From NCBI RefSeq assembly GCF_001194135.2, contig NC_068984.1:101471509-101535508 (forward strand): a stretch of 64,000 bases of DNA. Reading direction: 5' to 3'. Below are positions 38,290-49,513 of the stretch, in pieces; position 1 is the stretch's first letter, and the number at the start of each line of letters is the position of its first letter. This stretch comes from Octopus bimaculoides. Lineage: Eukaryota. The notes under the pieces are model-generated. The model had not been told where the DNA came from, made no database searches, and worked only from the letters and a program-made list of their open reading frames with translations. The position numbers and the translations under genes were made by a program.

Positions 38290-39703
38290 TGGGTTGAGAT
38301 TGAGGCTTCTTGGGGGCCATACATCCTTGCCTATGACTGATGGGATGTTTTACTGAATCCAGTGTTGTACCTGTTTGGAGCTGTGGGATGGCACTGAGTC
38401 CTGTTGGTAAAAACTCCTTAAGATGTACCCAGTGTAAGCTATGGAGACACAAGAGGTACAGCAATATCAAAGGAAGGTTAACTGGGAAAATAGCTTTTGT
38501 GCGTTGCAGATGCACAGGGGCAATAAACACTGAAAATGTGCAGAAAACAGATTCCATCACATGCCAGAGGGAAAAACTAGAAGTAGTTGATAGCTTCCAT
38601 GACCTAGGTGTTCAAGTCAGTAACAGGGGTAGATGCTTTGAGGGCGTAGCTGCTAGAGTAAGATTAGCCTGGGCAAAGTTCAGAGAGTTCCTACCTCTGC
38701 TGGTAACGGAGGGCCTCTCACTCAGAGTGAAAGGTAGACTGTATGATGCCTGTGTGCAAACAGCCATGCTACACAGCAGTGAAACATGGGCTGTGACTGC
38801 TGAGGACATACATAGGTTTGAAAGAAATGAAGCTAGTATGCTCTGTTGGATGTGTAATTCCAGTGTGCATACACGACAGAGTGTGAGTGCCCTGAGAGAA
38901 AAGTTGGACATATGAAGCATCAGATGTGGTGTGTAAGAGAGGTGACTGCACTGGTATGGTCATGTGTTGCATATGGATGAGGACATCTGTGTGAAGAAGT
39001 GTCACACACCAATAGTGGAAGGAACCTGTGGAAGAGATAGACCCAGGAAGACATGGGATGAGGTGGTGAAGCATGACCTTCGAGTGTTGGACCTCACAGA
39101 AGCAATGGCAATGACAAGCGACTGAGACCTTTGGATATATGCTGTGCTTGAGAAGACCCAGCCAGCCAAGTGAGATCGTAGCCATGGTCAATACCAATGT
39201 TGGACTACTGGCCCATTTAAAAGTACACCTTCAATTGTCGGGCAATATGCTGTTCTTGAGAAGACCTGTTGAGCCAAGCAAAGTCGTAGTCATGGTCGAT
39301 GCCAGTGCCGCCTGACTGGCACATAAAAAGCACCATTCAAGCAAGGTCATGCCAGTGCTGCCTGACTGGCGCCCATGCCAGTAGCACGTAAAAAGCACCA
39401 TTTGAGTGTGACCGATGCCAGTACGACTTGACTGGCACCTGTGTGGGTGGCACGTAAAAAGCACCATTCAAGTTTAGTCAATGCCAGTGCTGCCTGACTG
39501 GCTCCTGTGCTGGTGGAACTTAAAAAGCACCCACTACACTCTCAGAGTGGTTGGTATTAGGAAGGGCATCCAGCTGTAGAAACCTTGCCAGATTAGATTG
39601 GAGCCTGGTGCAGCCTACTGGCTTGCCAGTCTTCAATCAAACTGTCCAATCCATGCCAGCATGGAAAGCAGACGTTAAATGATGATGATGATGATGATGA
39701 TGC
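38290..39703 (+). mobile_element. 5'-truncated RTE-type LINE, antisense within a CFAP54 intron (approximate start)
   Basis: ORF 38340-38915 with DSFHDLGVQVS, ARVRLAWAKFRE, KGRLYDACVQTAMLHSSETW (RTE post-RT region); repeated 3' UTR units and (GAT)n tail. Confidence 0.88.
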
Positions 39704-39821
39704 ACTGAAATATTTCATTCATTTATTATACTTTTACTAAATAGACCACTATTTTCTATCCTATGTTCAAAGTAGAAATCAATTAATATGAAGCTAGATA
39801 TAAAAACAGTAAAATACTTAC

Positions 39822-40514
39822 CGTTTGTAAAGATCAACAGCAAATTTGCGTGGCAATATGAAATTGTTTGTGTAGCATTGGTACTCATCTTGTTTAACCT
39901 TTTTAGTCATGGAACAAAGAAGATGCATATTGTTTGACTCAGAATGATCTGGTAAGTTTTTTTGAGACAGAGACTCAAATAAGGGACTATACCACTGGAA
40001 ACATACTTCCTCAGATTTAGGATATGTCATGGACCAAGGGAACATGGAGGTAGGTTTTTGATTTACACTCGGGGAATCTTGTAATAAACCTTTTGCTGAA
40101 CAATTCTCAAGATTTAGAGCTTTCAATGATTCAGATATGATATTTTGATCCTCTTCCAGGACATGATTTAATGTGATAGCCAACTCTTCAACTTCAGCCG
40201 GAATGTTAATAGTGGAACAATGCCGAGTAAATAATGAAAAATTGTTACTAAGAAAGGAATAAGTATTAGTATATTGTAGCCTTATGGACTGATCAAGTGG
40301 CATAGAATACATGAAAGTTTTATAAAATGATTCTGGTGCTTCATCAGATTCAGAAGTGTCTTCTTGAAAAGTTTCATTGGCAGAAACAATAGTTTGGTAA
40401 AGTTCATCAGACAAAGAAACCAAGTAAGCTGTGGAACAAACAGAAAATAGGTTATTTTTGGCAAGTATTTCAAGTTTGCTCAAGAAATATAATAATAACA
40501 TGAAGAAGTCAATT
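39822..40514 (-). CDS. CFAP54: CFAP54 large exon, 693 nt, phase 2 to 2 (IDFFMLL...EVCFQWYSPL...DLYK)
   Basis: Open frame across the whole exon, TTTGCAG| acceptor, CG|GTAAGT donor; CFQWY motif. Confidence 0.92.
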
Positions 40515-40583
40515 CTGCAAAGATATTAATTATTATAAATTCATGCCGTGTTCAATTTAGCACTGCTATGTGTAATTTCTTAC

Positions 40584-40617
40584 CTCACTCCCGCTCGCAT
40601 CAAAAGTGAAAGCATCA
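40584..40617 (-). CDS. CFAP54: Candidate 34-nt CFAP54 micro-exon, phase 1 to 2 (LMLSLLMRAGVR)
   Basis: Strong donor GAG|GTAAGA, weak AAG acceptor; supplies the phase change needed between exons 42614 and 40514. Confidence 0.45.
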
Positions 40618-40892
40618 CTTTATTTCTATTAAATTATTTCTTATATTGGGTAAAATAGAAATTTAATATTACACACACACACACACACACACATATGAAA
40701 GATAATTTGTGATTTTTAGTGAAGAAACAAAAAGCACTCAACTATTCTTTTACTTGTTTCAGTAATTTGACTGCAGTCACACTGGAGTACCACCTTGAAT
40801 TTTTTTAATCAAATGAATCAACCCCTGGTACTTATTCTATCATTCCCTTTTGCTGTAGTGCTAAGTTATGGGGATGTAAACACACCCATCAT

Positions 40893-40953
<61 letters not shown>

Positions 40954-41244
40954 GTATGTAGTGACTTCATTTAGGCATAGAGTAGATTCGAACTTGAATC
41001 ACGAAGTAATATATGACTATATACAATGGTAATGAATATTTCTTTACAATTTTGATCACTGCTCTTCTTTCATCTTGCACATCTGCAACATCAACAACCA
41101 TTACAATTGGTAACTGCCAACTTCAACACATATCCTAACATATACCGTTACAAATTGGCAACGCTTGACCACAACAAATAAAAATACCTTTACTACTGGT
41201 GACCACTGCCCCCACCTAAAATACCATTACATTTATATATATAC

Positions 41245-41452
41245 TCTTTTACTCTTTTACTTGTTTCGGTCTTTTGACTGTGGCCATGCTGGAGCACCGC
41301 TTTTAGTCGAGCAAATCGACCCCAGGACTTATTCTTTGTAAGCCTAGTACTTATTCTATGGGTCTCTTTTGCCAAACCGCTAAGTTACGGGGACGTAAAC
41401 ACACCAGCATCGGTTATCAAGCAATGTTGGGGGGACAAACACAGACGCACAA

Positions 41453-41495
<43 letters not shown>

Positions 41496-41660
41496 CATAT
41501 ATACGACGGGCTTCTTTCAGTTTCCATCTACCAAATCCACTCACAAGGCTTTGGTCGGCCTGAGGCTATAGTAGAAGACACTTGCCCAAGGTGCCACACA
41601 GTAGGACTGAACCATGTGGTTGGTAAGCAAGCCACTTACCACACAGCCACTCCTACGCCT
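41245..41660 (-). mobile_element. SINE family B copy, near complete; other partial copies near 19495, 23510, 34250, 40745, 46095, 49205, 55150, 55750, 61390, 63655
   Basis: Same head and tail motifs as the other B copies. Confidence 0.85.
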
Positions 41661-41730
41661 ATATATATATATATATTTATATATCATTCTTTCTCTCTCT
41701 CTCCCACTCTCTCTGTATATATATATCAGC

Positions 41731-41876
41731 ATTATCATCGTTTAACATCTGCCTTCCATGCTGGCATGGGCAGGACATATATATATATATATATACATAC
41801 ACACACACACATATATACATATTTTTATGTGTCCTACCCATGCCAACATGGAAGGCAAGCATTAAATGATGATGAT
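41731..41876. repeat. Inverted pair of RTE-tail sequences around a (TA)/(CA) loop
   Basis: About 45-bp arms, roughly 38/45 complementary. Confidence 0.8.
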
Positions 41877-42613
41877 AGTACTGATGATATATATATATAT
41901 ATATATATATGTATTTATATATAAAGAGATAAGTGTGTATGAGTTTTTCATTTTAATAAATAATGAAAAATCGTTTAACAGACATCATGTAACACTTTCA
42001 CTTCACTTGGAAGAGTCTTCCAAATGTAACTGTTTATACTAATTCATTTTTATTGCAGACATTGGCCAGTGACCTGGCAGAAATTGAAAACTTTGTAGAA
42101 TACGAAAGTAATAATTATACTACTTTCAAATTCTACAAACTATTAATTATTAGTGGTAATTGTAATATGTGAAAAAGCATACAACAATTACTTAGATTTT
42201 GATTGCTCAATAAGAAGATACCATTGTGAAATTTACAAAGGTAATAATGGATTTATCCATTATTAGATACCGTTAGATATGGTGGATGACTTTATTTGCT
42301 AATTGTTTAGATTTGTGAGGATTTCCATAAAAGTAGTTTAGTAGAGTTGCAAATAGAGTACAGTTGTTATCATCATCATTTAATGTCTGCTTTCCATGCT
42401 GGCATGGGTTGGACATTTTGACAGGAGCTGGCTAGATGGAAGACTGCACCATGCTTTGCTGTCTGTTTTGACATGGCTTTTATGGCTGGATGCCCTTCTT
42501 AACACCAACCATTCTGCAGAGTGGACAGTGTTCTGAGATATTTAGTTTTGCACTTTTATGTTCTGAATCCATATCAAATGGAAATTAATAATAATCAAGT
42601 AATAAGAACTTAC

Positions 42614-42748
42614 AAAATATATGCATCCATGAAATCTTTGAGGAGCTTATAGCTTTAATTTTCTTCATTTGTTCTTCTTCAGATTCTGTACTCTCAAACT
42701 TCTGAGGCTGGTTCTTCATCATTTCAGCATATTCTTTATCAAATTCAC
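42614..42748 (-). CDS. CFAP54: CFAP54 exon, 135 nt, phase 1 to 1 (EFDKEYAEM...KISWMHIF)
   Basis: Poly-T acceptor TTTTTAG|, donor T|GTAAGT. Confidence 0.9.
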
Positions 42749-44225
42749 CTAAAAAAAAAAGAAAAAAAGAAATAAGCAACAAAGTATGAAAGATTATTGT
42801 AATTTACTTTAGTCAAAAATTAATTGTAAAGGTAGTAAATTGGAAAAAATCATTAGTGTTGTAGATAATGTCTTGCATCTATTCCAGGTCATCTAGTTCA
42901 AGTCTTGCCGCAGTCAACTTTACCATTCATCCTTCCAGATTTGATAAAAATAAAATACAGGTACAAAGCAGTGGATTGGCCAGACTGTTAGAGCTTTAGG
43001 GGAAATGCTTTGTTGTATTTGTTCAGTTTCTGTACAGAATCAGAGCATATGTGGAGAACTTATACATATAGTAAGATGGTAACTTGAAAAAATTTCAATA
43101 GAAAGGCAATGAAAACAAGTCACTAGGAGTTGTTCATTAACTTGATGGTACAAGTAATGAAAGAAAATTAGTTGTACATAAAATCTGAATTTACTTTTTC
43201 CATTTTTCTGCTATTTTTCTCTTTTATTAACTGATTCTAATCTTTTTTAACATTCTAACATGCAGTAGAATTATTTCATGTGGTCAGATACCAACTCAAA
43301 CTAACAACCAAAGTTTATTGTGAATAAGAAAAACCTTAATATGTTTAATTTCTGACTTAGAAAAAAGTTTACCATAATTAATTATTAGCTACAGAAGCAG
43401 TATTAGTACCAAAAGGCAATATTTATATCCGGCTTAATGTGGATGTCTTGTTAGAACAGCAAGTACTGTGATACATGCCTTGAGAGGACCTCCTATATAC
43501 CTGCTTGGTGCATAAAAGCATACACAGGTCACAGCATATGATTCTTGTCTGCTACAATCTATGAAATGCTGTTTTCTTCAGGCATCACACCAATTTACTA
43601 ATTAAATGTAATTGGCCATGAAGCTGCGGTGACGAGATGTATCTGCTGATGAAAAAACTCATTACACACATACAATACAAAATTTTACTTTCAACTGAAC
43701 ATTTTCATTCTACTCTTTACATTGAACATTACTTACTGTCACAAAACAGAAACAACTATCCTATCTCGCTTCAAAAAGGAAAAACAATTTACCTAACCAA
43801 AACATTATACAACAATACTATGTCAACTACCCAAAAGAAGTAAACCCCATTCTGAGTTAGGAACTAAATGAAGAAGTTCTTCATAATTGTTACTCATGAT
43901 GAATAGCCTTTAGCTGTTGGTTGACAATGCTACATGTCAAAGGTTGGTTTCCTTCTAATAAAACAGAACTTTACCAGTGTGAAGGATGATTTCTTTGATA
44001 GAAAACCTCATTTCATTTAATCACTGTTGTTTTTAATTATTATAGGTCAAGTTAGTGTTAATGTTGCAAAATAGTGACTTTTATTTCTATCCAATGTATA
44101 TATTGTGATACATGAAGACTGTGAAATAAAAGAGCTATAAAAATGACCATACATTTGTGTGTTCAAATCCTGTTTCTATAGTTATTGTGTAGTCTCTGTG
44201 CAAAACCTCATCCATGCAAGTAAGG

Positions 44226-45201
44226 ATGGAGTTAGCACATACATAGAATCTACCTTTTAATCACTCATCTCACAAACCTGGATGTCATAGCAATGACATC
44301 CAGGTAAGTAGTAACCATATCGCCATGGTTAAAAATCACATATTTTCTTCCCATCTATGAATAAAACAAGAAACAGTCAAGAAATACATGGGAAAATATG
44401 TAAAACAAGATAAAACAAAATTAATGTTACTTTCAAATTTTATCCTTTTCTTCCCAAGCACATATTTCGCAAATATATCCATATTGATAAAATCTGGTAT
44501 TTTGCTGAGCAATTTTGATGATATGTCAGCTTGAGATGCAAGTTTCAGAGATCCTCTTAAACTTATTTCTTGCATGTGTTTATTTGAAAGAATTGCTGTA
44601 GTTCGTATGGCCAACCAAGCAAGCATTGCTAAGTATCTTTCTTTTTGTGGTTGCAGAAGAACGATGCGGTTTTCATACTCATTCTTCCCTGTTTTTAGCT
44701 GAAAGTGAAAGAAAGGATACTTTACAAAATTGGCTAAGCCAGTTGATTATATACACATTCTATCCAAATAAATATACAATTTATATTATTATGATAAAAT
44801 CTCATCATAACAGCTTTGACAAGTTTATCAATCTTTCTTATTCTTATTCTTTATTCTTTTTCATTTTTCATTCTTTAGACCTCTTCTACAGATTCTGCTT
44901 TCATCTGAATTCAACTCTGATTCCTGTTTTCTCATCCCTTTTTCAACATAATGAAATGCTTTTACCTATACTACAAAAACATCTGTTGTTATCAGCTATT
45001 CATTACTCCTTTTAAGTGCCTATTATGTTTGCTTCCTTTTTGAAGTTATGATTACATCCTCTACTCTAACTTCACCAAAGAATGGAGTTAGCACATACAT
45101 AAAATCTACCTTTTAATCACTCATCTCACAAACCTGGATGTTAAATCAATGACATCCAGGTAAGTAGTAACCATATCACCATGGTTAAAAGTCACATATT
45201 T
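44226..45201. repeat. 120-bp direct repeat pair (44226-44345, 45082-45201), about 95% identical
   Basis: 6 mismatches by manual alignment; brackets CFAP54 exon 44431-44698. Confidence 0.92.
44431..44698 (-). CDS. CFAP54: CFAP54 exon, 268 nt, phase 0 to 1 (LKTGKN...MLAWLAIRTTA...KIPDF...KFE)
   Basis: TTCACTTTCAG| acceptor, AA|GTAACA donor; conserved LAWxAIR. Confidence 0.92.
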
Positions 45202-45213
45202 CAATTCCTTTAA

Positions 45214-45430
45214 CCCTTCGTAACCATATTTCTGTTGAACTACACTCTTTTTGTTTTAATTAATTTTGAAAATAAAGAATTTAATAAAGTAACTTTATGA
45301 TTGTCACCTGGATTTTGGAAGATAAATTGACATGAAATTTTAATGGAAGGTATAGATTTAGATTACTTGAAAACAGGAAATTTGTATAATAGATGTAGGG
45401 GTGAGCTCAGGTGGGTTGATACCAAAAGGG
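45214..45430. mobile_element. Second TTAA MITE family
   Basis: TTAA|CCCTTCGTAACC ... ATACCAAAAGGG|TTAA. Confidence 0.6.
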
Positions 45431-46256
45431 TTAAGTTTACCAACAAACTTAACAATTTCATAGATTCATCTTACTATTAACAGTTCTTCAATTATTTATC
45501 TTCCTTCACTGAGTAAATTCATTATAATGTTTCTTTCTCTAAAGACAGACATTATATGTTTACCCAAAGCACTCACTTCACTCTGTACAGAAGTCAAAGT
45601 TATTGCTATTCCAAACAAGTGACATCAACTAATCTCATCTTTTTTACCTAAAGTGCCCCATCCACTGAGTCTTTATACTTTACTGTTTTCTTTCTGATTT
45701 CTAAATCCAGCCACTTTTCAGGTTGACCATTCCTGTCTCAGTACTGCATTTCACTTCACATCAATACAGAAAAGTATTTGTTTTGTGCATTCTTTGATTT
45801 GACTAAAAATTAGCTGGAGTTTTGCTATTTGTATATTGATCACCTTTGGCAGCAACTGAGATTCTTCAAGGATCACTTATCTTTTATTTTTTACTTGTTT
45901 CAGTCATTTGACTGTGTCCATGCTGGGGCAATGCCTTGCTTGGGAAAACTTTGATGAAAGCAATGTTGTTAACTTTGCCATCAGTTAAAGTTTTGATGTA
46001 AACCTCTTGGTAAAGTTACCTGTCTATAAGCTTCATTTGTATATTATCTCTTGGATTAAAGGTTCTTACCATGCTGCTGCATTGTCAAATACGTAGGTGC
46101 AGGAGTGGCTGTGTGGTAAGTAGCTTGCTTACCAACCACATGGTTCCAGGTTCAGTCCCACTGCATGGCACCTTGGGCAAGTGTCATCTACTATAGCCTT
46201 GAACCGACCAAAGCCTTGTGAGTGGATTTGGTAGATGGAAACTGAAAGAAGTCTGT

Positions 46257-46289
<33 letters not shown>

Positions 46290-46705
46290 NNNNNNNNNNN
46301 NNNNNNNNNNNNNNNNNNNNNNNNNNNNNNNNNNNNNNNNNNNNNNNNNNNNNNNNNNNNNNNNNNNNNNNNNNNNNNNNNNNNNNNNNNNNNNNNNNNN
46401 NNNNNNNNNNNNNNNNNNNNNNNNNNNNNNNNNNNNNNNNNNNNNNNNNNNNNNNNNNNNNNNNNNNNNNNNNNNNNNNNNNNNNNNNNNNNNNNNNNNN
46501 NNNNNNNNNNNNNNNNNNNNNNNNNNNNNNNNNNNNNNNNNNNNNNNNNNNNNNNNNNNNNNNNNNNNNNNNNNNNNNNNNNNNNNNNNNNNNNNNNNNN
46601 NNNNNNNNNNNNNNNNNNNNNNNNNNNNNNNNNNNNNNNNNNNNNNNNNNNNNNNNNNNNNNNNNNNNNNNNNNNNNNNNNNNNNNNNNNNNNNNNNNNN
46701 NNNNN

Positions 46706-47034
46706 GAACAGCCTGCTCGTGAAATTAACGTGCAAGTGGCTGAGCACTCCACAGACATGTGTGCCCTTAACGTAGTTCTCGAGGATATTCAGCATGACAC
46801 AGTGTGACAAGGCTGACCCTTTGAATTACAGGTACAACAGAAACAGGAAGTAAGAGTGAGAGAAAGTTGTGGTGAAAGAGTACAGCAGTGTTTGCCACCA
46901 TCCCCTGTCGGAGCCTCGTGGAGCTTTAGGTGTTTTCGCTCAATAAACACTCACAACGCCTGGTCTGGGAATCAAAACTGCGATCCTATGACCGCGAGTC
47001 CGCTGCCCTAACCATTGGGCCATTGCACCTCCAC
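46706..47034 (-). mobile_element. SINE family C copy abutting an N gap
   Basis: Colinear with 31328-31656. Confidence 0.85.
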
Positions 47035-47528
47035 TATGATACCTATATAAGATATTTATTATACAACCTTTTCAATGTTGTCTTAGAGAACATGATTAAT
47101 CCTGCTCACCATCCAAAGTTTCTTTGTCAATGCTACAACTTCAATTCAACATCTTAGATTCTTTGAGATATGTCTGTACCAATCAATGGCACCTATCCTT
47201 AAACAAATAATGAAAGTAGTCCAGTTTGGAAATGTTCCCTAACATGAAACATCTGCTTCAAATAGGATTTTTTTTTTTAATCCAGACATTTCATTGTAAC
47301 AATCTTGTCTTTTATCTAAACTTCCCATAGATTTCACTTTTTTAACACTACATAGCTTTTTCACTTTACATCCCTAAAGTTTTCCAACTAATACACACCC
47401 TTTGAATATACTTTCTTTTATTCTTTTATTTGTTTCAGTCATTTGACTGTGGCCATGATGGGGCACCGCTTTGAAGAAGTTTACTCAACTCCAGGACATT
47501 TTTAAAGTCTGGTACTTAATCTATCAGT

Positions 47529-47841
47529 GGAAGCGCAATGGCCCAGTGGTTAGGGCAGCGGACTCGCAATCGGAGGATCGCGGTTTCAATCCCCAGACTG
47601 GGCGTTGTGTGTGTTTATTGAGCAAAAACACTTAAAAGCTCCACGAGGCTCTGGCAGGGAGTGGTGGCGACCCCTGTTGTACTCTTTCGCCACAACTTTC
47701 TCTCACTCTTTCTTCCTGTTTCTTGAGTAACGCTGCGATGGACTGGCGTCCCGTCCAGCTGGGGGGAACACATACGCCATAGAAACCGGGAAACCGGGCC
47801 CATGAGCCTGGCTAGGCTTTAAAAGGGCGCATAATAAAAAA
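47529..47841 (+). mobile_element. SINE family C variant inserted in a family B SINE
   Basis: 15-bp TSD ACTTAATCTATCAGT (47514-47528, 47842-47856). Confidence 0.87.
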
Positions 47842-48626
47842 ACTTAATCTATCAGTTTCTTCTGCCAAACCACTATGTTACAGGGATGTAAACACACCAG
47901 CACCAGTTGTTAAGCAGAGGTGGGGGACAGATACACACTCACACACATGCATGCATACATACATACATACACATAAAGACCCCCTTTTGTCATGAATGAT
48001 CATGGGATTGTACCTAGAAAGTTACCCACCAAAGCACAACTCCAGGCAAAGTTGTTTATAGAAGTCCATGCATACTGGCCTTCCCTCTCCATGCCACTGA
48101 TGTTATCCAAGGGAAAGGTAAAGGCCAATACAGTTTGGCACTAGTGACATCACAACTCATTTCTACAGCTGAGTGAACTGGAGCAATGTGAAATAAAGTG
48201 TCTTGCACAAGAACACAATACACAGCCCAGTCTGGGAATCGAACTCACTACCTCATGGTTGTGAGCCTGACACTCTAACCACTGAGCCATGCACCTGTGA
48301 CAGACTAGTTGTTACATCCAAGGAAAGATTGCTCTCTCATAGCACTGTCCCTACACTATATTCTACTTTACCTCAGTACACCCCAGCTGTTATTAGGTAC
48401 CACCAGATCATCTTGGAATGTTATCTATGATGGGTGATGGTCACATTCAGAGAGAGAATTATCTCTCATCACAGTCTCCCTACCGTTATGCACTATATCC
48501 TGTATTATCCCACTTCACCCTGGCTGATCACTGGAGGCTACACCTTGCATCATGTTGCATTTCTTAAAAGACGTCAGCAGCCTTTCTGACTCTGCCAATT
48601 ACCATTCTGATGTACTCATTAACACC

Positions 48627-48975
48627 TGTACTCACTAACTCTTATACTCAGTTATGTTTGCACACACATTTGTACTCACTAACTGTTGTACTCACATTTG
48701 TACTCACTAACTGTTGTGCTCACATTTGTACTCACTAACTGTTGTACTCAATAACTGTTGTACTCAATAACTGTTGTATTCATGCTTGCACTCACATTTG
48801 TACTCACTAACTGTTGTGCTCACATTTTTACTCACTAACTGTTGTATTCACATTTGCACCCATTAACTGTTGTACTCACATTTGTACTCACTAACTGTTG
48901 TGCTTACATTTGTACTCACTAACTGTTGTACTCACATTTGTACTCACTAACTGTAGTGCTCACGTCTGTACTCTC
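48627..48975 (+). repeat. 28-bp minisatellite (TGTACTCACTAACTGT + TGTACTCACATT)
   Basis: About ten variant units built on TGTACTCA. Confidence 0.9.
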
Positions 48976-49425
48976 TAACATTTTCTCATAACATTTCGGT
49001 GTTGTTGCTATGTAAAAATCACTCAGTCCACTCTGGTGGATGGTTGGTGTTAGGAAGGGCATCCAACCATAAAAAACCCAGCCAAAACAGACACTGACAA
49101 CTGGTGCAGTCTTCTGCCTAACCAGCCTCTGTCAAACTGTCTAACCCATGCCAACATGGAAGGCAGAAATTAAATGAAGATGATGATAATATATATATAT
49201 ACACACAATGGATTTCTATCAGTTTCCATCTACCAAATCCACTCACAAGGCTATGTTCAGCCTGAAGCTATAGCAGAAGACACCTACCAAAGGTGCTATG
49301 CATTGGGGCTGAACCCAGGGCCATGTAGTTAAGAAGCAAGCTTCTTACCACACAGCCATGCTAGACATTATTGAAAAAGTATATTTTGTAAGTTCTTCAA
49401 GGGTTAAGTTAAATAAGCAACTTAC

Positions 49426-49513
49426 TTTTGTTCTTTGGCATTGGAAGATAGTGGGTTCTTTTAAGTAAGAAAAGCAAACCAGGCTTATCTCAAGGTAGGC
49501 ACTCTTTGTCAAT
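49426..49513 (-). CDS. CFAP54: CFAP54 exon, 88 nt, phase 2 to 0 (LTKSAYLEISLVCFSYLKEP...)
   Basis: CTTCAG| acceptor, AAA|GTAAGT donor; AYLEISL resembles SYLEMAL. Confidence 0.9.

Noticed and set aside
42050-42116. Segment YNYYFRILQSFQFL as the missing CFAP54 exon
   Set aside because: Resembles human YYIHLQR, but no AG gives a phase 1 start in that frame and its donor is phase 1 rather than 2
44298-44310. U1 snRNA-like ACTTACCTGG on the minus strand (also near 45155-45165)
   Set aside because: Similarity stops after about 10 nt; it is the complement of a consensus 5' splice site
47529-47610. tRNA gene
   Set aside because: The A/B-box-like head runs straight into a SINE body with a TSD; no complete cloverleaf. 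The same applies to the other SINE heads
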